Position numbers and translations under genes: made by a program. From the human T2T-CHM13v2.0 reference genome, Homo sapiens: a stretch of 64,000 nucleotides of DNA. The DNA is taken from assembly GCF_009914755.1 (NCBI RefSeq), contig NC_060935.1; one strand, written 5' to 3'. The notes beneath the pieces are model-generated. The model was not told the DNA's origin, did no database searches, and worked only from the letters and a program-made list of their open reading frames with translations. Within the stretch, counting starts at the first letter, position 1. Each line of letters starts with the position of its first letter. This document shows, in pieces, positions 1 through 13,422 of the stretch.

Positions 1-464
1 TATAGTAAATACCAGTTCTTGATACTAAAGGGATATTATGAGTTACTACCTATAATCTTTTCTCTGGAGAACTGCTGCAGAAGTGATCAAAGATGCAATG
101 AAACATGACAAGGTGAAAACAAACATCTGAGTTTTAAAAGCCTGAGAGATCAGAAGATGAACTGAGGTGAGAGGACTTGACTGATGCTCCTTAAGTGCTA
201 TTGCAGCTTTGAAGCTGTACTTTTCTAGACTTTTTACTAGAATAATTAAAGGAATCAGTTACAAAACAAACAAAAAAATATAAACAAACTCATTATATGG
301 CCTAAACATCTATCTGGAGATAGATCAACATTTCAGGAACATGAAAATTTATCTGGTCAAACTCATTGATTCTGATTTTGATACTACTCCACCTTTACTG
401 TATATTTGCACTGTCTGATTTGGCAGCCACTAGCCACAAGTTGCTATTTAAAAGGAAATTAATT

Positions 465-1078
<614 letters not shown>

Positions 1079-1752
1079 AAATTAATTAAATGTAATTAAT
1101 TAAAACAAAAACAAAATTAAAACATCAGCTCCTCAGTTGCACTAGCCACATTTCAAATGTCAAAAGTCGCATGTGGTTAGTGGTGACCAAACTGGACAGT
1201 GGAGATAGACGGTATTTCCAACATCACAGAAAGTTCTATCACTGTGCAATACCAGTGAAAAGTACCTCCATTCTCTCAGAAACACATCTGGACAACTTCC
1301 CTTATGAATTTCTATTTCAGTGTCTATGCTTTTCTACTTAGGGGTATTAAGTTGTTTGCTTCTAGGGAGTTACTTATCTCTATTTTTCTGCCTTATGCGC
1401 ATATACACATATTATCTAATCTTTTAAGATCATCATCCAAATCTTTGTTTCCTCTTCGCTAAGTGGCTTATTCTCTTTGCCATTGCCTCCTTAAATGTGA
1501 AATGAGAGTAAACGCGGAACACTGATATTTATTTTGGGGTGCAGTGGATCACCTATCTTCGATCAGTGATGAAAACCAAATAAAAGCCAAATGCTATTTA
1601 TTATTAGAAATGGTATATTAATAGTAGTGTAACAGCAAGGACTGACTGCATTATCAGCAATTTGTAGTAAGTGTTTTTACCACAGTGTATTAGCCCTTGT
1701 TTTCCATTTAAAACATGTCGATTTAAAGAACTTCTGAAGTGGTGATCCAGTC

Positions 1753-1766
1753 ACACCAGATGGCGT
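1753..1766 (+). promoter_or_regulatory. CTCF-like motif (one core mismatch), overlapping E-box CAGATG
   Basis: ACACCAGATGGCGT. Confidence 0.35.
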
Positions 1767-2387
1767 TCAATCCAGTGCTATCGTGGATTGTGGGAGTAAA
1801 GCTCTAGTCAGAACTCACTGACATGGATTTTAAAGAAACGCATGTTGTTACTGCTTTAAGAGAAGTCAATGTACTTTTGTTTCAAGTAAATCATCAATAT
1901 TTTGAATAACTCTAAACTGATGATTCTACAAAATACTGACTAAAGCCTCAAACTCACCTGAATTATATACTTACCATTAACCCAACACTTTAAAAACACT
2001 GAAACCTAACAAGTTTGTTCACATCTTAGGTTAGCAGTTTTCTTTTATTTTACAACTATGGTTATGGCTGATTTCACTACATGATTTCTAGCATCTACAT
2101 ACCTGTTTGTCTAGTATACAGGCACAAGACCTAGTACTGTATGCTTCAGTGAAAACTTTTTGAAGAATATATTTACTATTTATTGACACCAAGACCCAGG
2201 TAGTGCTTAGATCTTTACCCCTACTCTGGTGCTTCTTCTTTCCCAAGTATTAGGGAACACAAACCAAACTCCTGGGTTTAGATGACAAAAGGAATTTAGA
2301 ACTTTGAAATCCAAGTCTAATTAAAATGTCTGAACTGTTCTGGAAGGAGGAAGAAGAGACATAGAGAAGAAAGGTGTCAAACGACAA

Positions 2388-2420
<33 letters not shown>
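2388..2420. repeat. (ATT)n microsatellite (Alu tail-derived)
   Basis: About 11 ATT units abutting a minus-strand Alu. Confidence 0.95.
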
Positions 2421-2718
2421 GCTGTTTATTTATTTTTGAGACAGGGTCTTGCTCTGTCACCCAGGCTAGAGTGCAGTGGCGTAATCACAGCTCACTGCAG
2501 CCTTGACCTCCTGGGCTCAAGTAATCCTCCCATCTCATTCTCCTGAGTACCTTGGACTAAAGGCAGGTGCTACCACACCTGGCTAATTTTTTTTTATTTT
2601 TAGTAGAGACGTGATCTCGCTATGTTGCCCAGGCTGGTCTAGAACTCGCTCTCACGTAATCCTCCCACATCGGCCTCCCAAAGTGTTGGGATTACAGGCA
2701 TGAGCCACCACACCCAAC
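2421..2718 (-). mobile_element. AluJ
   Basis: gagacagggtcttgctctgtcacc...cagccttgacctcctgggctcaag (J-type positions). Confidence 0.9.
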
Positions 2719-2998
2719 CAAGAGATTTATTTATATGAAAGCTGTGATTTGTTTTTAGCTAGTTAACAGTGTCTAAGTATGATCACCTTTAAGAGAAGGT
2801 AGCTGTTTCTCCACAGTTTCATGATGGGGTCCTTTATTTTGACAAAACCCAAATTGCATGAGCTAGAAGTTAATGCAGAAATACATGGCATGGCAAATAC
2901 TGCCAATAGCAAAATCCTTTTTATTTATTTATTTATTTGCTAAGTCATTGTTGTCTGCCTGCCAAATATGAAGTATTGATTTAAAACAGATGGACTCA

Positions 2999-3368
2999 GG
3001 CTGGACACAGTGGGTCATGCCTATAATCCCAGCACTTTGGGAGGCTAAGGTGGGCGGATCACTTAAGCCTAGGAGTTTGAGACCAGCCTTGGCAACATAG
3101 TGAAACTCCACCTCTACAAAAAATACAAAAATTAGTTGGGCATGGTGACACACACCTGTAGTCCCAACTACTTGAGAGGCTGAGGTGGAAGGATCACCTA
3201 AGCCTGGGAGGTCAAGGCTGAGGTGAACCGTAATTGCACCATTGCACTCCAGCCTAGGTGACACAGTGAGACCCTGTCTCAAAGAAAACAAAATAAAATA
3301 AAATAAAATAAAATAAAATAAAATAAAATAAAATAAAATAAAACAAAACAAAACAAAACAAAATAAAA
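2999..3368 (+). mobile_element. AluJ with (TAAAA)n/(CAAAA)n tail
   Basis: TSD taaaacagatg(g/a)actc at 2982-2997 and 3369-3384. Confidence 0.92.
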
Positions 3369-3886
3369 TAAAACAGATGAACTCCAATATACAAATCAGA
3401 ATTTAAGGGATTATTACTATGGGATCTAACTTCCACATCTATTTTATATTATTTTGCTGGTTTAATTTTGAATGCAGTCATGATGTATACTCAAACAACC
3501 ACAAATAGAAACTTTTCCCTTTTTTGTCTCCAAAGGTTTGTTTTCCATTTGGTTTTATTAACTGCTTTCTTCTTTACATTTGCATTATGCCATTAAAAAT
3601 TAGAGGGCTGTGAATATAGGTTGGAGAGTATACCTGTATTTAACTGTTCTATTCTTTCACTTTTTCTGTAGATTGGAAAACTTTTAAAATACACCTATAA
3701 GCATGAGTTGACGTTAACTAAGTAAAGCAAACTGTTCCCATTCCCTCTCCCAAAAAGAATTCCTCATTGCTTTCTCTACGCCTTGGTATATGCCAATCAC
3801 CCGACTTAGAATAAAAAACTTTCTCCTCTTAGCATCTCCCCCTGGCCCCCCGATTGCTACTTAATATTTAATTCTTTCTGAAGTTG

Positions 3887-3991
3887 TGTATTTAATATAT
3901 GCCATATATAACCTCCCATTCGTCCTTGCCCTCACACATTAAATATATGTATTTAATATATGCCATATATAACCTCCCATTTGTCCTTGCC
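3887..3991. repeat. 44-bp direct duplication (43/44 identical) with 17-bp spacer
   Basis: tgtatttaatatatgccatatataacctcccatt(c/t)gtccttgcc at 3887-3930 and 3948-3991. Confidence 0.95.
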
Positions 3992-4199
3992 TTAGACTTC
4001 CCTATGACTGTTAAAAAACCCAGAAGCTCTGGCATGCTTTGGAGGGCTTGGCCTTATCTCCTCTCCATCGTTTCGTGGATCACACACTCCAACCACACCA
4101 GCCTACTTACGATTCCCAGGGCATACATTTACTATTTTGACGCCATCCTTTTGTTCATACTACTCTCTATACTTGTGAAGCTCTTTCCCCTTTGCTCTA

Positions 4200-4430
4200 T
4201 CACTAAAATCCCATTCATCTGACAGCGCCCTGCTCAGATGCAACCCTCCTTGACAAGTACTTTCTGATCCCTCTAGTCAAAATTACTCTGTCCTCAAAAT
4301 TTCTCTACATCTTAAATTTTTTTAATTCTTGAAAATAGAAACTCTCTGATTTGTGAATTTAGTCTCCACATTACCTAGAACAGTGCTTGCACACAGTAGG
4401 AACTCCACAAATATTTACAGAATGAATAAA
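4200..4430 (+). mobile_element. L2 3' fragment
   Basis: cctagaacagtgcttgcacacagtaggaactccacaaatatttacagaatgaat resembles the L2 3' end. Confidence 0.6.
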
Positions 4431-4531
4431 AATTATTAATAATGATATACCAGACTTTTGGCAGGGACCACTGCTCTTTGTATACCAGAATCTACCACAT
4501 AGATTGGTAGTACCAATAAATAGGTTAGTAG

Positions 4532-4830
4532 TGCCAAGCGCAGTGGCTCATGTCTGTAATCCCAACACTGTGGGAGACCGAGATGGGTGGATCACTTGAG
4601 CTCCGACGTTTGAGACCAGCCTGGCAAACATGGTGAAACCCTGTTTCTACAAAAAATACAAAAATTAGCTGGGCATGGTGGCCTGTGCCTGTAGTCCCAG
4701 CTACCCGGGAGGCTGAGGTGGGAGGATGGCTTGGGGCAGGGGTTTCAGTGAGCTGAGATTGTGCCACTGCACTCCAGCCTGGGTCAAAGAGCCAGATCCT
4801 GTCTAAAAAACAAACAAACAAACACCAAAA
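4532..4830 (+). mobile_element. AluJ
   Basis: Diverged dimer with a CAAA-type tail. Confidence 0.9.
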
Positions 4831-5108
4831 ACCAGATTTGTAGTTTACCTGTAAACTCAAAAACCAAAAACTCAGAGGATCCTTTTGGTTTTTAACATTA
4901 AACATTTGCATCATTTGCATTAAATAAAACAATATTTAAAAAAGGTTGGCAAAATCAATTAAATATGTCAGGTGGGCTACTGGATGGAGAGGTGCTATAC
5001 AACACTGTTTTGGAGGTAGCCCTGGGCCTCTTACCATTCACCATCCCAAAGCAACACAGACTACCAGGGAAAGGAAAAGCTATTATATTTTGGAAATGCT
5101 TCCTTTGA

Positions 5109-5408
5109 TTTTTTTTTTTTTTTTTTTTTGAGATGGAGTCTTGCTCTGTCGCCCAGCATGGAGTGCAGTACGATCTCGGCTCACTGGAACCTCTGTTGCC
5201 CGGGTTCAAGTGATTCTCATGCCTAAGCCTCCTGAGGAGCTGGGATTACAGGTATATGTTACCACGCATGGCTAATTTTTGTATTTTTAGTAGAGATGGA
5301 GTTTTGCCATGTTGGCCAGGCTGGTCTCAAACTCCTGACCTAAAGTGATCCACCCACCTCGGCCTCCCAAAGTGTTGGGATTACAGGCGTGTGCCACTGT
5401 GCCTAGCC
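5109..5408 (-). mobile_element. AluS
   Basis: TSD tcctttgattttt at 5101-5113 and 5409-5421. Confidence 0.92.
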
Positions 5409-5849
5409 TCCTTTGATTTTTATAACATAAAATGTTACTTGAACAGGATGTTTCCATGGGTTAAGACAGAAAACTCCTATGTAACAGGAAACAATGAATT
5501 CTACCACACTCCTTTCAGATAAACATTTTCTGATCAACCTGTACTTTGGAAAGAGAACAACCTAACCCAATTCTGTTTAAAACTTAAACAAAAATTATCC
5601 TCTAAACATTCTTTCAGAACTAATACAAGTGCTGGTAAGGAGATTTTTAAAGTCAGTTTTGAATGCCTAATTTCCAAATAGCCTTGGGGTGGTGATTAGG
5701 GTAAAAATTTATGTAGGCTGTCCTAGCTATCTGATTTACAACAGGGATTTTTCTTTTTCCTTCTTTGGTTTTATACAGTATTGGTATTGCTTTTTTCTTT
5801 TTTTTCTTCTTCTTCTTTTTTTTTTTTTGGTATTGAATGGCAGTACAGA

Positions 5850-6420
5850 AGAGTAGTTGAATGGACCTATTTTTCAGCCAGAACATCTAGGTTCAAATCT
5901 TAGCTACACCACATACCACCCTCCATGATCTTAGGTAAATTATGTAACCTCTCTGTGCCTTAGTTTTCTCTTCTAAAAAACAGAGATGGTGGGCCGGTTG
6001 CGGTGGCTCACACCTGTAATCCTAGCACTTTGGGAGGCCGAGGCGGGCAGACCACGAGGTCAGGAGTTCGAGACCAGCCTGGCCAATATGGTAAAACCCT
6101 GTCTCTACTAAAAATACAAAAATTAGCCGGGCATGGTGGCACGCGCCTGTAGTCCCAGCTACTCAGGAGGCTGAGGCAGAAGAATTGTTTGAACCCAAGA
6201 CGGTGGAGGTTGCAGTGAGCCAAGACTGCGCCACTGCACTCCAGCCTGGGTGACACAGTGAGACTCCGTCTCAAAAAAACAATAACAAAAAAACAAACAA
6301 ACAAAAAAACAGAGATGGTAATAATAACTTCCTCTTAGGATTAGGGTGAGGAGTATGTCCATTATGTAAAACACTTAGGAGACTGCCAGTATACAGTAAC
6401 CTCTATTAAATGTTAACTTA
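5850..6420 (+). mobile_element. MIR interrupted by an Alu
   Basis: MIR core aacctctctgtgccttagttttctc before the Alu and aataataact...aaatgttaact after it. Confidence 0.75.
5992..6303 (+). mobile_element. AluSg-like
   Basis: TSD aaaaaacagagatggt at 5975-5990 and 6304-6319; acgaggtcaggagttcgag. Confidence 0.92.
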
Positions 6421-6569
6421 TCTTTAGTGTTCTTATAAAAAATTCATTCTTTACTTGCAAAATGTTGCACATGAACCAGTCCAATGTCCATAAACAGTGA
6501 ACAGCCAACTGAACTATACTCTTTTTCTCTCTATATAAAGACACAGTGAAGACCTGGTGTTGGTTGTAA

Positions 6570-6720
6570 GAGGTATCCACGCTTAGGTTTCAGAGGATCC
6601 CAAAGTCCTTGAAGTGTGCAAAAATGAGTGTATTAAGTGTGAATGTATATTCTTCTGGAGAGGGATCTATAGCTTTCAACAGAGTCATAAAGGGATCTGT
6701 GACCTTCAAGGATCCAAGTA
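6570..6720. mobile_element. Old hAT-Charlie-type fragment (MER103-like)
   Basis: ttctggagagggatctatagctttcaacagagtcataaagggatctgtgacc resembles the MER103C end (from memory). Confidence 0.5.
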
Positions 6721-6971
6721 TCATTTGGAATATCATTTCCAAATACGCCCTTTTTGTGTATCTTGATTGCCTCACGATTCTTAAATTGTATGCTTGTTTA
6801 AATGCCCTTTTTGGTAAAAACATTTGCACAGCTACACCAAGTTAGAATTTTATTAAGCTCCCATTTCTTTAGTTTTGACCTGTAGCTTTCATTTCAGATT
6901 CCCATCAGTGTATTAGAACAAATACATTTTCTTATAAATATGGGCTTAAAAATGAGTGTTTCTATGAATAG

Positions 6972-7287
<316 letters not shown>

Positions 7288-7728
7288 ATAGCACCCTTCC
7301 AAATGCTTCTTTCTATCTGGTCCCAAGAGCACTGATCCTGGAATAGCTCTATGCCTAGTTGCTAAGAATTCCAGAAGAGGTCAAGTCACAAACTTTTAGA
7401 ACAAGTGTAAATAAATACCTCCAAAAATTCAAAATAAGGTTTTAATTCTGCTGTAAAGCAGATAATTGATTTTTGTTATTGACTACCTTTCTCCCCTTCT
7501 TCAGACAGGTGGGAAATCATTTAATTTTTGCTTCTTAGTAATGTTATTTCCTTCTGCCAATGATTACAAGTGATACTTATCTGGGTTATACTGTAAAAAA
7601 GCAATCAAAATAACTTTTGTTTAGTTCTAGCTGAGCTTAGTATAGTCTGAGACAGGACCCAGTTCTATATGACCAACAACAAATCAGTCTACAATCTGCA
7701 GCCTGCAATGTTCCATCCACACATTTAC

Positions 7729-7935
7729 CTGTGAAGCAGTCAGGTTGGGAGAGGCTGCAGCTGACTGCTGGGCGTGGTGGTGGTGGTACTGCTGCTGTTG
7801 TTGTAGTTGCTGTAGTGGTTGCTGCTGTGCTGTTTGTAGTTTGTTTTCAGATTGTGGCAATGGCTGTATTTGGAACTTGTCCGGTTGTTCTTGCTTTACT
7901 ATCAGGTTCTTCCGTAGCTGTTCAACTACTCTTTT
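7729..7935 (-). CDS. PHF21A: Internal coding exon (207 bp, phase 0/0) of PHD finger protein 21A (BHC80), approx. residues 52-120, Q/H-rich region
   Basis: Minus strand reads tttttgtcttcatttggtag|AAAAGAGTAGTT...GCTTCACAG|gtaaatgt, with canonical AG/GT and 69 open codons. The peptide [69 protein letters not shown] matches my recollection of human PHF21A. Confidence 0.96.
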
Positions 7936-8227
7936 CTACCAAATGAAGACAAAAAGAAATAAAAGATATTAGAATACTGCTCTATCAGCTGCACAGAAAT
8001 ATGCTCTGACATCTTTTCTATAAATAGCTTCATCTAAAACTTATTACATCTAAATTTACACAGGTTCTACATATGAAGAGCTTAAAGCATTTAATATACA
8101 TTATTGGTAATATGAAACTGATGGTGTAAGAAATGTTTTATATATAAAGGGCAACTGAGGCACACAAATGAAAAATCTGAAGGAGATCACACAGCACAGC
8201 TCAGATGTCCTATTATTAACTTAGCAT

Positions 8228-8460
8228 GCTGAGAGCAGTATACAACGTAGCAGTAAAAAGCAGGACTCTGGAGCCATCCTACTTCAACTCCAATTTCAGT
8301 TTTGCTACTCACAGCTCTAAGATGTTGGGTAAGTTTATGAACCTACCTGTGCCTCACTGTCTTGCTCTTTAAAATGAGGTGGTTAACAGTACCCTTGAGG
8401 TTCTTATGAGCACCAAATGACTTGTTATATGGAAAGTACTCAGAACTGTGATTGGCACAT
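8228..8460 (+). mobile_element. MIR
   Basis: ggactctggagcca...ttgggtaagtt...ctgtgcctca...aaaatgagg...agaactgtgattggcacat. Confidence 0.75.
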
Positions 8461-8469
8461 TGTTGATCA

Positions 8470-8645
8470 TTATTATTATTATTAGAGATAGTGTCTCTCT
8501 ATACTGCCCAGGTTGGAGTACAGTAGCTATTCACAGGTGTAGTCATAGTGCATGCACTACAGCCTTGAACTCCTGGCATCAAGCAATCTTCTCACTTCAG
8601 CATCCCAAGTAGCTGGAACTACAAGCACACACCACTGGGCCCAGC
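8470..8645 (-). mobile_element. FAM (fossil Alu monomer) with (TTA)n tail
   Basis: Retains the 7SL-derived segment cagtagctattcacaggtg, which dimeric Alu arms lack. Monomer length. Confidence 0.8.
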
Positions 8646-9072
8646 TTATTATTTTTTGCATATGATAACACAGATACTAGCCATAGTAATTTTTATTAAG
8701 CAAACATCATGTATCTGTCCCAGTTGAAAACATTAAACAGACTGTTAAACAAAGAAACCTTGATCCCAGTAATATGCCATATAAACAACACATTCTAAAT
8801 TACTGAAATGTGTAACTCATGAGCAGGACTTCTTTGCTGGGACAGGTTCTGTGGCGGTACACACGTTTGTTTAGGCAGAGTAGGGATTTAACTGCGTGGA
8901 GTGAAAAATTAATGTCAAAGTTCTTCAAACTTTCTAGGCCTTGCTCAAATCCAAGAGAAATGTGTTTCTGGATACCTTCATTATTATAATACACTTCAAC
9001 AGCATGTAAGCCCCATGAGTGCAGGGGCTTATTTGGTTCACAACTATACTCTGCACTTATAACTATATTGCT

Positions 9073-9387
<315 letters not shown>

Positions 9388-9816
9388 CTATATTGCTCAG
9401 TAAATGTCCTTGTTCTCTTTACCTGATGTGTAAAGTGGTGGGACCAAAGACCAACAAATGGCTCATAAAGCATATAATAACTATTTGGGGCCATATTTGG
9501 GCTCTGACTCTCCTGCCCTAATAGGAGGAAGAAGGTATAAGCAGCATTCCTCTCATATCTCATACACTTTCAAGTTAGTTCATTAGCAGAGGTGTGCTAT
9601 TTCTGATAAAAATAGATTGTGATTTTCTAATATAGATTATGAATGAAGAAAAAGAAGTGAATGAAGAGCTTTAAATAGTTAGATGAAACCATAAGAGCCA
9701 GGTTAATTCTCAAATGCCTGCTTATGGCTCTAACCAACTTCATCCCCCATATTCTCTGAAGAATCCAAATCTGTGGATTACTCATTTAACATATTTGAAC
9801 ATTAAAATATGTATAA

Positions 9817-10254
<438 letters not shown>

Positions 10255-13200
10255 TGATTCTTTTCAGACAACTAAAATATCATATAAAGGCCAATTTTGG
10301 GGGGAAAAATTCTGCTATGCATTATATTCTGCTAGCACTGCCTCTCTGAGTAAATATTTTTTTTTAAATGATGCAGAGTTTAAAGTCTTTGCAGAAACTA
10401 TCTGCAGAATAATAAAAATGCAAATTAATAAAATATCAAATGCTTATAAAGTTAACTTTCAAGTCTTCAAAATTCTATTTCTCCAATATAAAAGGCAGAA
10501 TAATTAAACTGCTGTAGTTTAGGAGAAGGCAAAGTAATAGCAGTGGTGCTGCAGATAATGTTGAGAATCTCATGTAAATTTTATTGCTTGGTGACTGCTA
10601 GAACATTTAGACATTTAAAAATTAAGTAATTATTTAGAGTTGCTTCAGTCCTCCTCCCCATCAGACATCAAACATATTAACGAACTAGCTAACGTGCAGC
10701 ATCAGCAGCCAGAGAAAGGAACCCTAAGAGCTCTTACAAAACAAAAACAACAATAAAAAACCCAAAACAGATCAAATCAGAAGAAGGAGATAAATCAGGA
10801 GGAAATAATACAACATAAACATGACACCTGCCAAAAAATAAACTTTGGACAAAAACAGCACAGGAAACTAATTACTATACCAGTCACAAAAGGAAAGGGT
10901 GTTTTTTTCTCCTCTACAGCCATCCTTAGGAAACACAATGTGCTCTCCTAATCACTGCCTAGCTAAAGTACACTAGAAGCAAGAAACAAAGCCCAGAACC
11001 CATTTCCAATGTCATGTACAACAGAAGGGAACAGTAGGGAAAGCAGGAGCAAGGGATGCGGGCTAGAGTACTACTCTTCAGCCATATGGCTAGAGCAAGG
11101 TGACGACCAATCAGAACCAGAATCAGGAGCGTGGGAGTCAAGTGAGTCACACTGCATTCACAACTGCTCCTCCCCCAGGACCTGAAACAAAGCCGTGGAA
11201 GCTTGGGGTGGGGGCTGGTGGGGGGACATGATCAAAATACTTGCAAACTTACATCAGTCCTTGAGAGGAGGGAAAAAAAAAAGGAAAAAGAAAGAGAGCT
11301 CTGCATTACAGGTCAGATCATATGAGCTGGGTAAAGCTTTCTTTAAAAGATAGCGTTGGTATGTCAAACTGCCACTCAGAAATGAATTGTCCCTTACTCC
11401 TTGCTGTGTTCACCAGATTAGAATACTGCGTGTGTGGTTATACATGTCTGTTGCTATCTGTGAAAAAAAAAAAATTTTAAATCAAGATTTTGAGGAAGCA
11501 CTGATGCCCTCTGTCACTTAAATATAGATGACTGCACTTAGAAACCAGTAACTGAAAGCCAGGTGAGCTCTGCAGCAGAGGTGCTCCTTAGGTGTGGAGG
11601 CCCTGCAGGCTCTTCCAAGGACTGGGAGTAAAGGAGAGTTGCTGTGCATATTAGCTGGCTTTTCTAAGTCTCACAATCCAGTCTCGTTCTAGTTCAGTCT
11701 TGCAGCTCTGGCAAACACAGCACTCAAATGACTTCAGAGGGACCCCGGATTTAGGTCAGTACCACTTCTGGGTGGCAGCAAGAGAATACGGCGAAAATAT
11801 CTCAAAAACCCTAGCTGTGTGGTATCATCCAAGGTTCTCACTGCTCCCTATATAAAGGATATCCTCTCATCTCCACAGGAGATGAGCCTATATTTTTACT
11901 ACTATGTGTTTTAAATGAAGACGTCATGACTGCTGCTGGTCACTGACGAAGGTTATACTGGCATACATGATTTGATATTTTCAAAGGTATTCACATATAA
12001 TGGAGATCTTTAAATGTAGCTAACTATATTGGAACATTATCCTGAAGCTTTGAGAAAGGGCTAAATTTCACAAACTGGCCATTCATCATTCACTGATAAG
12101 TTAATGAGAGTTAAAAGAGAGGGAAAAAATCAGGGAAATGAAAAAAGAAAGCTGGAAAGAACAAAGACGGAAGGGAGAGAGGGAGAAAAAATTAATAACT
12201 TATCATCTTTTCTTCTTAATATATTTCTATAAACAATAAGCCAACGTGCCAGGCCTCCAGAACTGCTAGTACCGCCCACTTCAATCCATCTGTCAAGAAC
12301 TGCTCCATAAACCCAGCATGTAACAAGGAGCCTTAGATTCCCTTGACATTCGCATCACTGGGTTTCATCAGGGCTTGTTCAGGCAGAAGAGTTCACAGAG
12401 CCTCTGACACTTCAAGTCACAGTTTCCAAGACAGGTAGTCACGGTGATCAATATTGTGACATTCAGCGATACTATCAACGTGTTCACACGACAGCAAGAC
12501 AGATCCTGAAGAAAAATACGGAATTTTATAGGTCTAATACAACAGAAAATCAGGTTCGTTTTTCCACCGTTTAAGTCACGTTCCATGGCTTTTGTCAACA
12601 GAGAAGGGAGACGGAGAGACGGAAGGACTGCCCCCACCCAATCAACCCACCAGTTTATTCCTATCAAAAATTGCTCCCACAAATTTTAGAAAGCTTCTCT
12701 CAAAAGAAACTCCAAGACCCTGCCCTCCACAACTGGATGTCAGTGCTGCAAGTCTCTGCTTTTTCACACATTCAGTCACTCCACTGGTTTGTGCTCTACA
12801 TGGCAGTATCTGTTGCGTATCAATTATTAGAGGGCCACACCCACTCAAGACATCTTCTTACACAGTATTGCCTTAAAGATGCATCCTTTTATTCCTTCCA
12901 TGAATCAACATGCAATCTAAAAATACAACCTTCACTCTTTATACCAGAGGCTGATAGAGACTTGTAACTTTTCACAAATGCAGAAAGGTATCAAATCTTA
13001 CTCAAAATCTTTCTGGGTCTTCAGACACACCAATTGCTCAAAATGAAACCAAGGATACTAAATTTTACGCGTATGGAAAAACTAACCTGGAGAAATGTTT
13101 ATTTGTTGATGAGATCAGAACTTACTCAAAGAGGAAAAAAAAGACTTTCTACCGTCTAACTAAAACTCAGCCACTGCATTGATAAGTCACACCAATATTC

Positions 13201-13370
13201 ATCAACGCTGAGGATGCAGGAAGGAGACAGGGCAGTCTTCAGAATGTGCCACAAAATTATCCTCTAAAGAAGAGGGGATGTGTTACTGTCATAACATTAG
13301 AGACAAAATTACAATCTAGAGTAAAATGTATGTATTGTTTAATGGAAACAGAAACTAAGTGAAGATTTCA

Positions 13371-13422
13371 CCATTTTATGAACAAAAACACAGAATGCCA
13401 TTTTATGGACAAACACACAGAA
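13371..13422. repeat. 25-bp tandem duplication (2 mismatches)
   Basis: ccattttatgaacaaaaacacagaa-tg-ccattttatggacaaacacacagaa. Confidence 0.9.

Noticed and set aside
7731-7972. Plus-strand ORFs 7731-7946 and 7745-7972 (Val/Ala- and Cys-rich)
   Set aside because: Antisense shadows of the PHF21A Q/H-rich exon.
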